From the NCBI RefSeq assembly GCF_000189295.2, contig NC_016803.1, forward strand, positions 2,940,001 through 2,972,000: a DNA stretch of 32,000 nucleotides. The letters run 5' to 3'. The notes beneath the pieces were generated by a model. The model searched no databases. It had not been told where the DNA came from and was given only the letters and a program-made list of their open reading frames with translations. This stretch comes from Pseudodesulfovibrio mercurii. GTDB taxonomy: Bacteria; Desulfobacterota; Desulfovibrionia; Desulfovibrionales; Desulfovibrionaceae. Within the stretch, counting starts at the first letter, position 1; every line of letters starts with the position of its first letter. The position numbers were made by a program, and so were the translations under genes. Positions 25,245 through 32,000 of the stretch are shown one piece after another.

Positions 25245-25715
25245 TTAGGCGTAGTCGCCGCGGTTGAACTTGAACTGTTCGGTGGCGGCGAGGGTTTCCA
25301 GTTCATCGACGATGGACTTGAGTCCGGGGTGGGTGGTCTCGAGGTCGGGTTGTCCGGCCTTGAGGCTGGCCACGTCGTCGGCGATCTCGTCGAGGGTGCC
25401 GTAGGCGGACTTGAGTCCGGCCTCGGGGTCGGCGAGGGTGGCGGCGTAGTCGTCCCACTTGTCGAGGATGGATTCCACCTGGCCCGCGATTTCCGCGCCG
25501 TCGTCGGACACGGCCTGCACTTCGGCGACCGACCCGGCGGCGAACAGGGGATTCACGATTAAGGGCGGCGCAACGGACGGCGAGACAGCCGTTTCTCCCC
25601 GCGCCACTTCCTGATTGAGAAGATCCCCGAAGGCCGCGTCGGACTGCGTCGCCTTGTTGCGGCGCTGTGATTGTTCCGGCTGGACGCCCTCGATCTGATC
25701 AGGACGGATCTCCAT
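25245..25715 (-). CDS. hypothetical acidic 156-aa protein
   Basis: ORF track. ATG 25715 with an AGGAG SD, GC3-biased codons, Asp/Glu/Ala-rich. No family recognised. Confidence 0.65.
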   Translation of the reverse strand: MEIRPDQIEGVQPEQSQRRNKATQSDAAFGDLLNQEVARGETAVSPSVAPPLIVNPLFAAGSVAEVQAVSDDGAEIAGQVESILDKWDDYAATLADPEAGLKSAYGTLDEIADDVASLKAGQPDLETTHPGLKSIVDELETLAATEQFKFNRGDYA

Positions 25716-25750
25716 GGTTCAACTCCTATCCTGTGGTTTGCCTGGAATGT

Positions 25751-25766
25751 TGCAAGGACCCTGCCA
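25751..25766 (-). promoter_or_regulatory. sigma54 (-24/-12) promoter for the 156-aa gene
   Basis: The minus strand reads TGGCAGGGTCCTTGCA, against the consensus TGGCACG-N4-TTGCW. GG and GC have correct spacing. The -12 element ends 35 nt upstream of the ATG. Confidence 0.6.
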
Positions 25767-25785
25767 ACGCCTACCTATTGACAAC

Positions 25786-25813
25786 TTGCTGGAAAATCAT
25801 ATTCTTATACAAT
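25786..25813 (+). promoter_or_regulatory. possible sigma70-type promoter facing usp
   Basis: TTGCTG, a 16-nt spacer, then TACAAT. It would give a leader of about 165 nt. A weaker sigma54-like CGGCAACTCTAATGCA lies at 25861-25876. Confidence 0.3.
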
Positions 25814-25985
25814 GAAAGGCCCGGCAATTTCTGCCGCCGGGGCGGTGCCGCCCGTGCACACGGCAACTCTAATGCAGAAGAAAAAGGTTGTCTATCCGCA
25901 GCGGGAAAGGCATAGAAAAAGTAGGCAGGAGTCATTCCCCTCCGTTTTTCGGGGGGTGGACCATACAGCAAGGAGGAAGAAGGAC

Positions 25986-26426
25986 ATGGCCGAAATCAAG
26001 AAGGTTTTGTGCGCGGTTGATTTCTCGGATTACAGCCCCATGGTCGCCGACTACGCCAGTATGATGGCCAAGAGTTCCGGGGCGAAGATTCTGGTACTCT
26101 ACGTGGCGCCGTCCCTGAGCCAGTACGTGGGCTTCCACGTGCCGCCCAGTTCCATCGAGAGCTTCGTGGGCGAGATCGTCACCGGCGCCGAGGACACCAT
26201 GAATGCGTTCGTCAAGGAGAACTTCAGCGATCTCAACGTGGAAGGCAAGGTCGTCACCGGCTATCCCGCCGAGGAGATCCTGGCCATCTGCGAGGCCGAG
26301 AAGTGCGACATGATCGTCATGGGCACCCACGGCCGCAAGGGCATCGACCGCATCCTCTTCGGCTCGGTGGCCGAAAAGGTGGTCAAGAGCTCCAAGGCCC
26401 CGGTTCTCACCGTCCGACCCAGCTAG
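25986..26426 (+). CDS. universal stress protein (UspA family)
   Basis: 146 aa from ATG 25986 (AAGGAGGAAG SD). Motifs KKVLCAVDFS and MIVMGTHGRKGIDRILFGSVAEKVVKSSKAPVLTV. The ORF-track start 25812 is rejected. Confidence 0.9.
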   Translation: MAEIKKVLCAVDFSDYSPMVADYASMMAKSSGAKILVLYVAPSLSQYVGFHVPPSSIESFVGEIVTGAEDTMNAFVKENFSDLNVEGKVVTGYPAEEILAICEAEKCDMIVMGTHGRKGIDRILFGSVAEKVVKSSKAPVLTVRPS

Positions 26427-26454
26427 TTCCTTTACGGACCAGGATAAACCATAT

Positions 26455-26481
26455 AAGGAACGGTCTCGGCCGTTCCTTTTT
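26455..26481 (+). terminator. rho-independent terminator of usp
   Basis: AGGAACGG-TCTCGG-CCGTTCCT followed by TTTTTATTT. Confidence 0.85.
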
Positions 26482-26498
26482 ATTTGCGCCTGCGGCGC

Positions 26499-26608
26499 CC
26501 GGGGGAAGGGGAGAGAGGGAACCCTTTGCAAAGGGCTTCCCTCTCTCCCCCTTCCCCCGGACCCCCAACCCCTCTCACCCTCCGAAACTTTTTGGGCGCT
26601 TCGCGGGG
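26499..26608 (-). repeat. type III module, inverse orientation, with a 23/24-bp palindrome
   Basis: CCGGGGGAAGGGGAGAGAGGGAA ... TTCCCTCTCTCCCCCTTCCCCCGG (26499-26560) surrounds an inner CCCTTTGCAAAGGG. The rc of 26582-26608 is CCCCGCGAAGCGCCCAAAAAGTTTCGG, matching 25078-25104. Confidence 0.7.
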
Positions 26609-26686
26609 AGGGACGCGGGGAGACGCTTCAGGGACGGCAAGGCACGGCCATCCGCGTCCGCGAGGCGATTTTTCGAGGAGAGAGTG

Positions 26687-27787
26687 ATGAGAGAGTTTAC
26701 CGTTCGTCCGGAGATTTTGGATTTCGCGCCGTACGTGCCGGGTCTGACCATCGAGCAGATTCAGGAGCGGTACGGGCTGACCTCGGTCATCAAGCTGGCC
26801 AGCAACGAGAACCCGCTGGGCACGTCGCCGCTGGTGGTCAAGGCCATCGAGCGCAACGCGGCGCGGGCCTTCCGCTATCCGGAGAACCACACCCCGAGGC
26901 TGACCCGGGCCGTGGCCGAGGTTGCGGGCGTGCCCGAGGAGTGCGTGCTGGTGGGCAACGGGTCGGACGAGATCATCGACATGCTCTTCCGTATGAAGGC
27001 GGTGCCGGGCATCTCCAACGTGGTCTTCTACGAGCACAGCTTCGCCATGTACGGCATGTGCGCCAAGCTGTGCGGCCTGGAGTGCCGGGTGGTGCCGCGC
27101 GGCGAGGACTGCGCCCTGCCCCTGGACGCCCTGGCCGAGGCCGCGGACGAGAACACGGCCATGGTCGTGGTCACCAGCCCGGACAACCCCACGGGGCTGG
27201 CCGCCGGGGTGGAGGACCTGACCGTGCTGGCGGGCGTGCTGCCCAGGGACTGCCTGCTGGTGGTGGACGAGGCGTACATCGAGTTCGCCTGGCCGCCGGA
27301 GTCCTATTCCCCGGTCCAGGCCTTCGACAAGTTCGAGAACCTGGTCTGCCTGCGCACTTTTTCCAAGGCCTACGGCCTGGCGGGCATGCGCCTGGGCTAC
27401 GGGATCATGCCCGCGCCCCTGGCCGCGCTCATGCGCAACGCGCGCATCCCGTTCACGGTCAACCTGCTGGCCGAGGAGGCCGGGCTGGCCGCCATCGAGG
27501 ACGAGGTCTTCTTCAACGAGACCCTGGCCACGGTCATGCGCGGGCGCGAGTATTTCACCAACGAGCTGACCCGGCTCGGCTGCAAGGTCTGGCCGAGCCA
27601 GTCCAACTTTGTCATGTTCCGGCCGCCCATGGACGCCAAGACGGTCTTCCAGACCCTGCTCGAAGGCGGTATCATCGTCCGCCACCTGGGCAGCTTCGGC
27701 CTGGCCGACTGCATCCGCGTGAACGTGGGCACGGACAAGGAGAACCGGTTGTTCATCCAGGCCCTGGGGGACATCCTCAATGGGTAA
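26687..27787 (+). CDS. hisC: histidinol-phosphate aminotransferase
   Basis: 366 aa from ATG 26687 (GAGGAGAGAG SD). Motifs KLASNENPLG and the PLP-lysine motif TFSKAYGLAGMRLGY. The ORF-track start 26303 is rejected. Confidence 0.9.
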   Translation: MREFTVRPEILDFAPYVPGLTIEQIQERYGLTSVIKLASNENPLGTSPLVVKAIERNAARAFRYPENHTPRLTRAVAEVAGVPEECVLVGNGSDEIIDMLFRMKAVPGISNVVFYEHSFAMYGMCAKLCGLECRVVPRGEDCALPLDALAEAADENTAMVVVTSPDNPTGLAAGVEDLTVLAGVLPRDCLLVVDEAYIEFAWPPESYSPVQAFDKFENLVCLRTFSKAYGLAGMRLGYGIMPAPLAALMRNARIPFTVNLLAEEAGLAAIEDEVFFNETLATVMRGREYFTNELTRLGCKVWPSQSNFVMFRPPMDAKTVFQTLLEGGIIVRHLGSFGLADCIRVNVGTDKENRLFIQALGDILNG

Positions 27788-28439
27788 ACCCCTGATCGTG
27801 ACCATCGACGGCCCGGCCGGGGTGGGCAAATCGACCATGGCCAAGCGGCTGGCCCGGCTGCTCGGCATCCCCTACCTGGACACCGGGGCCATGTTCCGGT
27901 CCGTGGCCTGGAAGCTCGGGCAGGGGGCCTGGGACTGGCCCGAACCGAAGCTGGAGCAGGCCCTGGCGGGGTTCGAATACGGCCTGTCCGGGGAGGGCGA
28001 GGACTCGGTCCTGTCCCTGAACGGCGCGCCCATCGGGGACGAGATCCGCACCGAGGAGGTCGGCATGTGGGCCTCGAACGTGGCCACCCTGCCGGTCATC
28101 CGCACCTTTCTGAAGCGGGCCCAGCAGCGGTTGGGCGAGCGGTTCTCCCTGGTGGCCGAGGGCCGCGACATGGGCACCGTGGTCTTCCCGGACGCCCCGC
28201 ACAAGTTTTTCCTGGACGCCTCCGTGGAGGAGCGCGCCCGGCGGCGTTTCCTGCAACTGCGGGACATGGGCAAACCCGCCGACCGCGCAGCGCTCGAAGC
28301 GCAGATCGCCCGGCGCGACGCCCAGGACCGCAACCGGGCCGTGGCCCCGCTGAAGGCGGCCGACGACGCGGTGGTCATCGACACCACGGCCATGGACCGC
28401 GAACAGGTCCTGGCCGCCTTGAAAGAAGCCGTGGCCTAG
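27780..28439 (+). CDS. cmk: cytidylate kinase
   Basis: 219 aa with P-loop IVTIDGPAGVGKST and YLDTGAMFR. The ATG overlaps the hisC stop by 8 nt. Confidence 0.93.
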   Translation: MGKPLIVTIDGPAGVGKSTMAKRLARLLGIPYLDTGAMFRSVAWKLGQGAWDWPEPKLEQALAGFEYGLSGEGEDSVLSLNGAPIGDEIRTEEVGMWASNVATLPVIRTFLKRAQQRLGERFSLVAEGRDMGTVVFPDAPHKFFLDASVEERARRRFLQLRDMGKPADRAALEAQIARRDAQDRNRAVAPLKAADDAVVIDTTAMDREQVLAALKEAVA

Positions 28440-28481
28440 GATACACCCGGTATCGAAGCCACAATCAGGAGATATTTCGTC

Positions 28482-29759
28482 ATGCTTGATCTCAAATTGA
28501 TGCAGAAGAATCCGGACCTGGTCCGCGCGAGCCTGGAAAAGCGCCATTCGAAAATCGACGTGCGCGAGTTCACCGACCTGGACGAGCGGCGCAAGCAGCT
28601 CATCGGCGAGGTGGAGTCGCTCAAGGCCGAGAAGAACGCGGTGGGCCCGGAGATCGCCAAGCGCAAGAAGGCGGGCGAGGACGCCTCGGACCTGCTCGAA
28701 AAGATGGGCAGGGTGGCCGAGCGCACCAAGGAGCTCGACCGCGAGCTGGCCGAGGTGGAAAAGGCCGAACAGGACTGGATGATGTCCGTGCCGAACATCC
28801 CCCACGAGTCCGTGCCGCTGGGTGCGGGCGAGGAGGACAACCCGGTCCTGCGCTACTGGGGCGAGAAGCCGGTCATGGATTTCGAGCCCAAGGAACACTG
28901 GGAGATCGGCACCGCCCTGGGCGGCCTGGACTTCGAGTGCGCGGCCAAGCTGGCCGGGGCCCGGTTCTCCATCAGCTTCGGCTGGTGCGCCCGGCTGGAG
29001 CGCGCCCTGGCCCAGCTCATGCTCGACACCCAGACCGAGCGGCACGGCTACACCGAGGTCCTGCCCCCGTTCATGGTCAACCGCAAGACCATGACCGGCA
29101 CGGGCCAGCTGCCCAAGTTCGAGGAGGACCTGTTCAAGCTGACCGACGAGCGCGAATTCTACCTCATCCCCACGGCCGAGGTGCCCCTGACCAATATCTA
29201 CGCGGACGAGGTCATCCCCGAGGAGAAGCTGCCGGTCAAGTTCTGCGCCCAGACCCCGTGCTTCCGGTCCGAGGCCGGCTCCTACGGCAAGGATACCAAG
29301 GGCCTCATCCGCCAGCACCAGTTCTACAAGGTGGAGATGGTCAACTTCGCCCATCCCGACCACTCCTACGAGGCGCTTGAGGAGATGACCCATTCGGCGG
29401 AGCGCATCCTGGAAATCCTCGGCCTGCACTACCGGACCATCGTCCTGTGTACGGGCGACATGGGCTTCAGCGCGGCCAAGACCTACGACATCGAGGTCTG
29501 GCTGCCCGGCCAGGGCAAGTACCGCGAGATCTCGTCCTGCTCCAACTGCGAGGACTTCCAGGCGCGGCGGGCCAACATCCGCTTCCAGCCCAAGGACTCC
29601 AAGAAGAAGCTCTATCCCCACACCCTGAACGGCTCCGGCCTGGCCGTGGGCCGCTGTCTGGTGGCCGTGCTGGAGAACTACCAGCAGGCCGACGGCTCCC
29701 TGGTCATTCCCGAGGCGCTTCGGCCCTACATGGGGGGGCTGGAGGTGGTTACGCCTTAA
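28482..29759 (+). CDS. serS: seryl-tRNA synthetase
   Basis: 425 aa with an N-terminal coiled-coil arm and class II motifs ([29 protein letters not shown]). AGGAGA SD. Confidence 0.97.
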   Translation: MLDLKLMQKNPDLVRASLEKRHSKIDVREFTDLDERRKQLIGEVESLKAEKNAVGPEIAKRKKAGEDASDLLEKMGRVAERTKELDRELAEVEKAEQDWMMSVPNIPHESVPLGAGEEDNPVLRYWGEKPVMDFEPKEHWEIGTALGGLDFECAAKLAGARFSISFGWCARLERALAQLMLDTQTERHGYTEVLPPFMVNRKTMTGTGQLPKFEEDLFKLTDEREFYLIPTAEVPLTNIYADEVIPEEKLPVKFCAQTPCFRSEAGSYGKDTKGLIRQHQFYKVEMVNFAHPDHSYEALEEMTHSAERILEILGLHYRTIVLCTGDMGFSAAKTYDIEVWLPGQGKYREISSCSNCEDFQARRANIRFQPKDSKKKLYPHTLNGSGLAVGRCLVAVLENYQQADGSLVIPEALRPYMGGLEVVTP

Positions 29760-29777
29760 CAGGCGTGGTGTTTTTAG

Positions 29778-29827
29778 AGACGACATGGGCCGGGAGAGCG
29801 AGTGCTTTCCCGGCCCTTTCGTCTTTG
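29778..29827 (+). terminator. terminator-like hairpin after serS
   Basis: GGGCCGGGA/TCCCGGCCC (29787-29795 with 29808-29816), with an outer AGACGA/TCGTCT pairing, then TTTGGG. Confidence 0.55.
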
Positions 29828-29849
29828 GGAAGAGGGCGTGTACGGGGGA

Positions 29850-29995
29850 ATGGCCGCTCATCCGCGTCGGGGCTTTGGGTTGTCATCCTTACATTGTGTT
29901 TCGCCTTAACGGCGACTTCCTTTTTTGCCGGCGCACAAAAAAGGAAGCAAAAACTGCGCTGCGGTGCTGCCGCGCCCCGACGGACCCAAGAACCC
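29850..29995 (+). repeat. possible degenerate type I copy carrying an inserted T6/A6 hairpin
   Basis: GGCC..CATCCGCG, ATCCTTACA (29885-) and CTGCGCTGCGG (29954-29964) echo the type I conserved segments. Stem CGTCGGGGC/GCCCCGACG (29865-29873 with 29974-29982). Inner 12-bp hairpin CTTCCTTTTTTG/CAAAAAAGGAAG (29916-29947). Confidence 0.4.
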
Positions 29996-30085
29996 GTAGG
30001 CGGCTTTCGCTGGTTGTGAGCGAATGTCTGCCGCCCAGACGCGCTCAAACCTGCGCTTCCGCCGCCGATTACCGCTCTTCGGGTG

Positions 30086-30202
30086 TGGGGAGTGGGCCGG
30101 GGTGGATGGCCGGGGTACGAAGAAGCGGGTTGCGGGAAGGTTGGCCGCGCATCCACATCGGGCTGGGGAGTGGGTCGGGGTGGATGGCCGGGTACGAAGA
30201 AG
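30086..30202 (+). repeat. two ~40-nt direct repeats with 78-nt period
   Basis: TGGGGAGTGGGCCGGGGTGGATGGCCGGGGTACGAAGAAG (30086-30125) against TGGGGAGTGGGTCGGGGTGGATGGCCGGGTACGAAGAAG (30164-30202): one substitution and one 1-nt indel. The 14-mer GGGAGTGGGCCGGG recurs at 25206-25219. Confidence 0.8.
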
Positions 30203-30406
30203 GGAGGGGAGCAGAGAAATGGTCGCGGTTGCGTGGTCGTACTTCGTTTCCTCTCACGGACCTTCGTGTCCCTTTCTCCCCTGCGACCAATGGAGCGATT
30301 CGGGCAGGGCAGGGGTGGTTCGGCAGGGACTTTTTGCGCTGGCCTTCTCTTGTCGGCGACAGTACACTTCCGCTTGCTATTTCATCCGAAAACAGGGAAT
30401 TGCCGC

Positions 30407-30697
30407 ATGTTCATCCTGCTCCTCACCTACGTGAAGCCCCTCTCCGAGATCGACCGGCTCATTCCGCCGCATGTCGAATATCTTGAAAAGAATTATGCCG
30501 CCGGGACGTTTCTGTTTTCCGGGCGGCGGGAACCGCGCACGGGTGGGGTGATCATCGCCCGTGCCGGATCGCGGGCCGAAGTGAAGGCGATCATTGCCGA
30601 GGACCCCTTCCTGATCGAGGGAGCCGCCGAATACGAAATCGTGGAGTTCCACCCGAGCAAGACCGCCCCGGACCTGGACGCCTACCGTGAGCCCTAG
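30407..30697 (+). CDS. YciI-like (YCII-related domain) protein
   Basis: 96 aa from ATG 30407. MFILLLTYVKPLSEIDRLIPPHVEYLEKNYAAGTFLFSGRREPRTGGVIIA...DPFLIEGAAEYEIVEFHPSK fits the YciI family pattern. The upstream part of ORF 30083..30697 runs through repeats and is rejected. Confidence 0.75.
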   Translation: MFILLLTYVKPLSEIDRLIPPHVEYLEKNYAAGTFLFSGRREPRTGGVIIARAGSRAEVKAIIAEDPFLIEGAAEYEIVEFHPSKTAPDLDAYREP

Positions 30698-31046
30698 ACC
30701 CGGAGCGCTTCGGGTGCCCCCGGCACCCGACAACGGTTCTTTGTCCCTCCAACCCGCACGCCTTCCCGCCTCCTGCCGCACCTCTTCCCCGCACCGTCAC
30801 AGCCCTGGAGCGGGCGCGTAGAAGCCGACCGCGAAGGGGTGGCGGCTCTTGTTCCACCGAAGCTCGGTCTCCCTCAAAAGGGACCATCCCGCTCCGGGAG
30901 TGGGTCTATACTTTTAATCAGATGGAGCCGCTCCGAGCGGATCGGATTCTTGCGCCCCCTCCCCGGGCGGCCGCGTACCCCGCACGGCCCTTTTTTTCAT
31001 CTATTTTTTGGGGCCAGCAAAAAAAATGGACCCCGCCGGGAGGGCA

Positions 31047-31138
31047 TGGAGCAATGTGCGGGCGCAGCCCGCACGACGGCTCTCGCGCCGCAGGCGCGTT
31101 CTTCGGAGCGAGGGGCGCAGCCCCCGATGCGGCTCTTC
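31047..31138 (-). repeat. two tandem type II hairpin modules, inverse orientation
   Basis: The rc of 31047-31084 is GAGAGCCGTCGTGCGGGCTGCGCCCGCACATTGCTCCA. The rc of 31105-31138 is GAAGAGCCGCATCGGGGGCTGCGCCCCTCGCTCC. A GCGCC-GCA-GGCGC hairpin lies between them. Confidence 0.7.
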
Positions 31139-31172
31139 CCCAAGGCATGGGGCCAGCCTTCCCGGCCGCCTC

Positions 31173-32000
31173 TCATTCCTCATTTTGCTCATTGTCGAGC
31201 AACGCCCGCTTGCGCGGGATACCCCATCGGTATCCCGCCAACCGCCCCGACTTCCCCACCACGCGGTGGCAGGGAATAACCACGGCCAGGGGATTGGCGG
31301 CGCAGGCCGAAGCCACGGCGCGAACCGCGCCGGGGTTGTCCAGGGCCGCGGCGATGTCCGTGTAGGTCCGGGTTTCGCCTACGGGGATGCAGGCCAGCTC
31401 CTTCCAGACGCGGATCTGGAAGGCCGTGCCCCGGATGTCCAGGGGCAGGTCCAACCCGTGGTCCGGGCGGGCGATGAACGCGGCCACTTCGGCCAGGAGC
31501 GGGGCGAGGTCGGCCCGGGCGTCGCATAGGTCGGCCTCGGGAAAACGGTCGCGCAGGGCCCGGACCAGATCCTCGGGGGTGTCGCCGAGCTCGACGGCGC
31601 ACACGCCGAGGTCGGTGAACCCGGCCAGGACCGGGCCGAGGAAGGAGTCGGCCACGGCGTAGCGGATGGTCATCCCCCGGCCGCCCTTGCGGTAGGCGGC
31701 GGGGTTCATGCCCAGGGTCCGGCCCGCGCGCTCGTAGAACCGGCTGGCCGAGCCGAAGCCCGCGTCGAGGAGGGCGCGGGTCACGGACGAGCCGCTGCGC
31801 AGGGCGGAGCGGACGCGCTCGTCGCGCAGGGCCTGGGCGTACTCCTTGGGCGAGACGCCCGCGCGGCTCTTGAACAACCGCTGGAAATGGGTCGGGCTCA
31901 ACCCCGCGCCCCGCGCCAGGTCGTCCAGGGACGGCGCTTCGTCGCCCGCGTCCAGGGCCTGTTCCATGGCCCGACAGGCCCTGATGACGCGGTTTGAGGC
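31173..32000 (-). CDS. ada: bifunctional Ada-type regulator / O6-methylguanine-DNA methyltransferase, C-terminal ~275 codons (start lies beyond the right edge)
   Basis: The frame is open from stop 31175-31173 to position 32000; the ATG at 31967 is internal, since upstream codons read ASNRVIRACRA. AraC-type HTH (SPTHFQRLFKSRAGVSPKEY) plus a methyltransferase domain with PCHRVV active site. Collinear with E. coli Ada from about residue 85 onward, as I recall it. Confidence 0.88.
   Translation of the reverse strand, partial: ASNRVIRACRAMEQALDAGDEAPSLDDLARGAGLSPTHFQRLFKSRAGVSPKEYAQALRDERVRSALRSGSSVTRALLDAGFGSASRFYERAGRTLGMNPAAYRKGGRGMTIRYAVADSFLGPVLAGFTDLGVCAVELGDTPEDLVRALRDRFPEADLCDARADLAPLLAEVAAFIARPDHGLDLPLDIRGTAFQIRVWKELACIPVGETRTYTDIAAALDNPGAVRAVASACAANPLAVVIPCHRVVGKSGRLAGYRWGIPRKRALLDNEQNEE

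Noticed and set aside
27970-27978. GGTTCGAAT, a tRNA T-arm-like motif.
   Set aside because: It lies inside the cmk reading frame, with no acceptor or anticodon stems around it. No tRNA gene was detected in the window.
30086-30202. Considered as a possible CRISPR array.
   Set aside because: There are only two repeat units, 40 nt long with a 38-nt interval. There is no further periodicity, no palindromic CRISPR-type repeat, no leader and no cas genes in the window.
29785-30486. ORFs 29785..30486, 30024..30434 and the upstream part of 30083..30697, spanning the serS-yciI spacer. Similar ORFs lie at 30839..31365 and 24661..25562.
   Set aside because: Their translations are Gly/Arg/Trp/Pro-rich and simply read through the repeat modules. 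They have no SD. Only the last 96 codons of 30083..30697 are YciI-like.
30961-30997. GC-rich segment followed by T7 (30990-30996), considered as the terminator of the YciI-like gene.
   Set aside because: The upstream sequence gives only about 4 contiguous base pairs by eye, and it lies about 290 nt from the stop codon. The hairpin TCGGGTGCC/GGCACCCGA at 30710-30730 is closer but lacks a U-tract. Neither is called with confidence.

Overview
GC-rich chromosomal window (hand counts of typical coding lines give about 60-68% GC). Gene content looks like a Desulfovibrionaceae-type sulfate reducer. The centre is the canonical sulfate-activation/APS-reduction locus: sat on the minus strand, divergent from aprB-aprA-qmoA-qmoB-qmoC plus a promoter-distal coiled-coil hypothetical gene. 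Left flank: a truncated aconitase gene, a small overlapping hypothetical ORF, a chorismate-mutase-like/EPSP-synthase-fold fusion with Arg-rich tails, a glycine-zipper lipoprotein, a large cytoplasmic CheW-domain protein, an EamA transporter and a secreted TPR protein. Right flank: a low-GC orphan membrane-protein gene, ydfG-like SDR, a livG-SBP-livH-livM-livF ABC transporter operon, an acidic hypothetical gene behind a sigma54-type promoter, usp, hisC-cmk-serS, a YciI-like gene and a truncated ada. I found no rRNA, tRNA, CRISPR array, transposase, integrase or phage gene. I do not see a convincing new multi-gene system. The main unexplained signals are: (i) a mosaic family of GC-rich structured intergenic repeats at operon 3' ends, where several nested helices change sequence between copies but stay complementary; (ii) the roughly 46% GC orphan membrane gene at 18103-18636, next to a roughly 10% GC promoter block; (iii) the apparently degenerate EPSPS-fold fusion protein; and (iv) the uncharacterised qmo-distal protein. 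All functional calls rest on by-eye motif recognition. No database search was run.
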